Shown here: positions 46,541 to 48,298 of the stretch, piece by piece
Numbering within the stretch: position 1 is the first letter of the stretch
How the letters are laid out: the number at the start of each line of letters is the position of its first letter
Assembly: GCA_964441455.1 (NCBI GenBank)
Contig: CAYTUX010000282.1
Span: 1-48,298, forward strand
Length of the DNA stretch: 48,298 bases
Direction of reading: 5' to 3'
Source of the DNA: an uncultured Victivallales bacterium
GTDB taxonomy: Bacteria; Verrucomicrobiota; Kiritimatiellia; JAQICX01
Made by a program: the position numbers and the translations under genes
The notes under the pieces: model-generated
Told to the model about the DNA's origin: nothing
Databases searched by the model: none
Seen by the model: only the letters and a program-made list of their open reading frames with translations

Positions 46541-46561
46541 GCTCTGCATGTTCTGCAGAGC
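46541..46561 (-). terminator. intergenic hairpin, weak terminator or processing site
   Basis: GCTCTGCA/TGCAGAGC 8-bp stem. Only an AT-rich tail follows, with no clean U run. Confidence 0.3.
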
Positions 46562-46573
46562 AAATATAAAGTT

Positions 46574-47353
46574 TTATTTATAACCCATTGCACTAACGTT
46601 TTGATAACTCTTGCTTAGACAATCAAATGGATCTGCTCCATAACTATCGTCCTGCTCAACAAGCATAAACTCAACGCCAATTTCTTCAGCTGTTTTCAGG
46701 ATTAATTCCCAATTCAGGTTACCTTCTCCAACCGGACAAAAGATCTGCTTACCCTCTTCGTTGATTGTCATATCTTTAAGATGCAGAAGAGGTTGACGAT
46801 CTGCATATTTTTTCATCCATGCAGCAGGGTCTCCGCCACCGGCCGTTACCCAGAAAACATCAAATTCAGCTTTTAGAACAGAAGCATCAATCTGATCATA
46901 TAAGTTTGCTAACCAGACTTTTTTTCCTCTTCTTTTAAATTCCCAGTTATGGTTGTGATAAGAAAAGTCCATGCCAGCTTCAGCAAGTCTTGCCGCAACA
47001 GGTGTAAGCTCTTCTTTTAGAACCTCAATTCCATTTGGATTGTTCATATACTTTTCCTGATCTAAAGAACCGACAGCTGCATGTTTACAGTTCCAAGCCT
47101 GATGCTCTGCAATAACATTTTCAAGGTCGTTTAAAAAACGATCCCATGGATAATGTGTACAGCATGCGTGAAGACCGGCATCATCAAGCACCTCTGCCAT
47201 CTCGTCTGCCGGCAGCTTGACGCCGATTCCCGAAAGCTGAACAGTTGTATATCCAATGTCTGCAACTTTTTTGAATGACTCAATTAAATCTTCTTTTGTT
47301 TTAGTGAATTCTCTAATGGTGTACAATTGTGCACCTAGTACCGGTTTTTCCAT
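46574..47353 (-). CDS. sugar phosphate isomerase/epimerase (xylose isomerase-like TIM barrel)
   Basis: TIM barrel pattern (YHNH, LHLKD, VEQD), 259 aa. Confidence 0.8.
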   Translation of the reverse strand: MEKPVLGAQLYTIREFTKTKEDLIESFKKVADIGYTTVQLSGIGVKLPADEMAEVLDDAGLHACCTHYPWDRFLNDLENVIAEHQAWNCKHAAVGSLDQEKYMNNPNGIEVLKEELTPVAARLAEAGMDFSYHNHNWEFKRRGKKVWLANLYDQIDASVLKAEFDVFWVTAGGGDPAAWMKKYADRQPLLHLKDMTINEEGKQIFCPVGEGNLNWELILKTAEEIGVEFMLVEQDDSYGADPFDCLSKSYQNVSAMGYK

Positions 47354-47407
47354 TTTAATGACTCCTTTATTTTGTTGTTTTTAGTTTGACTGTATCTTAA
47401 ATAAATA

Positions 47408-48181
47408 TTATCCGTCAAGCTTAGCAAGAATAAGTTCTGCCGCACGCTGTCCTGACATGAACATTCCTCCAAAAATTGGTCCCATACGTGCTGAACCAAA
47501 TACACCATTTGCTGCCATACCGGAAACAAATAAGCCAGGATAAACTTCTTTAGTATTCTCAACTGTTGCAATTTCACCCTTTTCCGCCCACATTGGTTTT
47601 TCTCCAATAACGCCGCCTGTCGGTGTATCAAGTTTGATTCCGGCTTTTCTTGCAACTTTGTCAGTTAACAATGCATCATGCCCTGTTCCATCTAAAACGC
47701 ACTTTGCACAAATCATTAATGGATCAACATGCCAGTTGTTTGGATATAAAACAGGTGCCCAGTTAATAACAACTCCACCTATAGAATCTTCCTTGTATAG
47801 AACATCTTCAACAACAATGCCATTAAATATTGCAGCACCTGCATGCACGGCTCCGTATATCAAAGCAGAAGCCGTTTCAACAGAGTCTGTCTTAACAAGA
47901 CCTTCTCCCACACCACTATATCGTATTCCATACTCATCAAGCATAGGTGTAACTTCTTCCTGAATGATGATATCATTATTAAGCATCGCACCACCCCAGA
48001 TCCCTCCGCCGGGTGCAAGTTTCATCTCAAAAAGTGAAACCTTTTTGCCTGCTTCTGCAAGAATCTTTGCACAAATCAGGCCACTTGGACCTGCACCTAC
48101 AATCGCCACATCACTATCAACAGCTGCTGAAAGTTTAGCCGCAAAGCCGGAAATTATTGACCTTGATATATGTTTTTCCAT
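47408..48181 (-). CDS. thi4: thiazole biosynthesis enzyme Thi4 (ADP-thiazole synthase), non-cysteine type
   Basis: [11 protein letters not shown] dinucleotide motif and DGTGHDA active-site region. I chose the start at 48181 (MEKHISR). Confidence 0.88.
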   Translation of the reverse strand: MEKHISRSIISGFAAKLSAAVDSDVAIVGAGPSGLICAKILAEAGKKVSLFEMKLAPGGGIWGGAMLNNDIIIQEEVTPMLDEYGIRYSGVGEGLVKTDSVETASALIYGAVHAGAAIFNGIVVEDVLYKEDSIGGVVINWAPVLYPNNWHVDPLMICAKCVLDGTGHDALLTDKVARKAGIKLDTPTGGVIGEKPMWAEKGEIATVENTKEVYPGLFVSGMAANGVFGSARMGPIFGGMFMSGQRAAELILAKLDG

Positions 48182-48298
48182 TATATTATTTTCCTTATTA
48201 ATTATGTAACTTCTCAATAAGTCTTTGATCAACCGCTGAGCAAGATTATTGATATATAGCTGCAATATATTAAAAGTATGGGGGGATGTACAAGAAAA

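Noticed and set aside
48182-48298. TPP riboswitch upstream of thi4
   Set aside because: The CTGAGA and ACCTGATCTGGATAATGCCAGCG-type conserved segments are not in the 117 nt available. It could still lie beyond the window edge.

Overview
AT-rich (by eye) chromosomal segment that is densely coding and mostly housekeeping. I call about 40 CDS. I found no rRNA, tRNA, CRISPR array, transposase or integrase.

The + strand block at 343-9374 holds murG, a URO-D/MtaA-like gene, a secreted ankyrin+MORN protein, leuS, an MBL hydrolase, a coiled-coil accessory protein and a GT4 glycosyltransferase. A vapBC pair follows, then a NupC transporter and a TorF-type porin.

A long - strand efflux cluster at 12563-21899 runs TolC, tandem USP, MFP, RND, SBF/ACR3-CBS transporter, ferredoxin and a Kdo/RIO-like kinase.

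A second + block at 22874-31059 holds maf, yggS, an arnD-like deformylase, an esterase, an orphan ABC ATPase coupled to a YfhO-type membrane protein, and cysK.

A - block at 31118-48181 holds mntP, ispF, fmt, a uvrD/pcrA-like helicase, yihY, an etfB-etfA-glcD (Lct-type) operon, a DUF1080 protein, a nucleotide-sugar dehydrogenase, mutS, two TIM-barrel sugar isomerases and thi4. The gene content (DUF1080, xylose-isomerase-like TIM barrels, ankyrin/MORN) suggests a PVC-type bacterium. That is inference only.

The unusual content is non-coding. Several GC-rich, ORF-free islands and repeat families stand out against the AT-rich background:
- Two paralogous structured elements at 1-240 and 40289-40484. 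They share helices built from different sequence, and both sit in the same orientation upstream of murG and etfB.
- A tandem pair of about 60-nt hairpins directly in front of the GT4 gene.
- A small hairpin motif (5 bp, TGC loop, GGCAA tail). It recurs with compensatory changes in the etf operon leader and, translated in frame, as the C-terminal tail of EtfA.
- A conserved roughly 85-nt leader shared by mutS and the DUF1080 gene. It is built around a dispersed ATGGGAAYNATGTG(CTTGG) core.
- A REP-like GGGCGA...TCGCCC palindrome family, including a 31-bp-period array. Its ATG-containing loops create false start codons.

I could not assign any of these to an RNA family I know.
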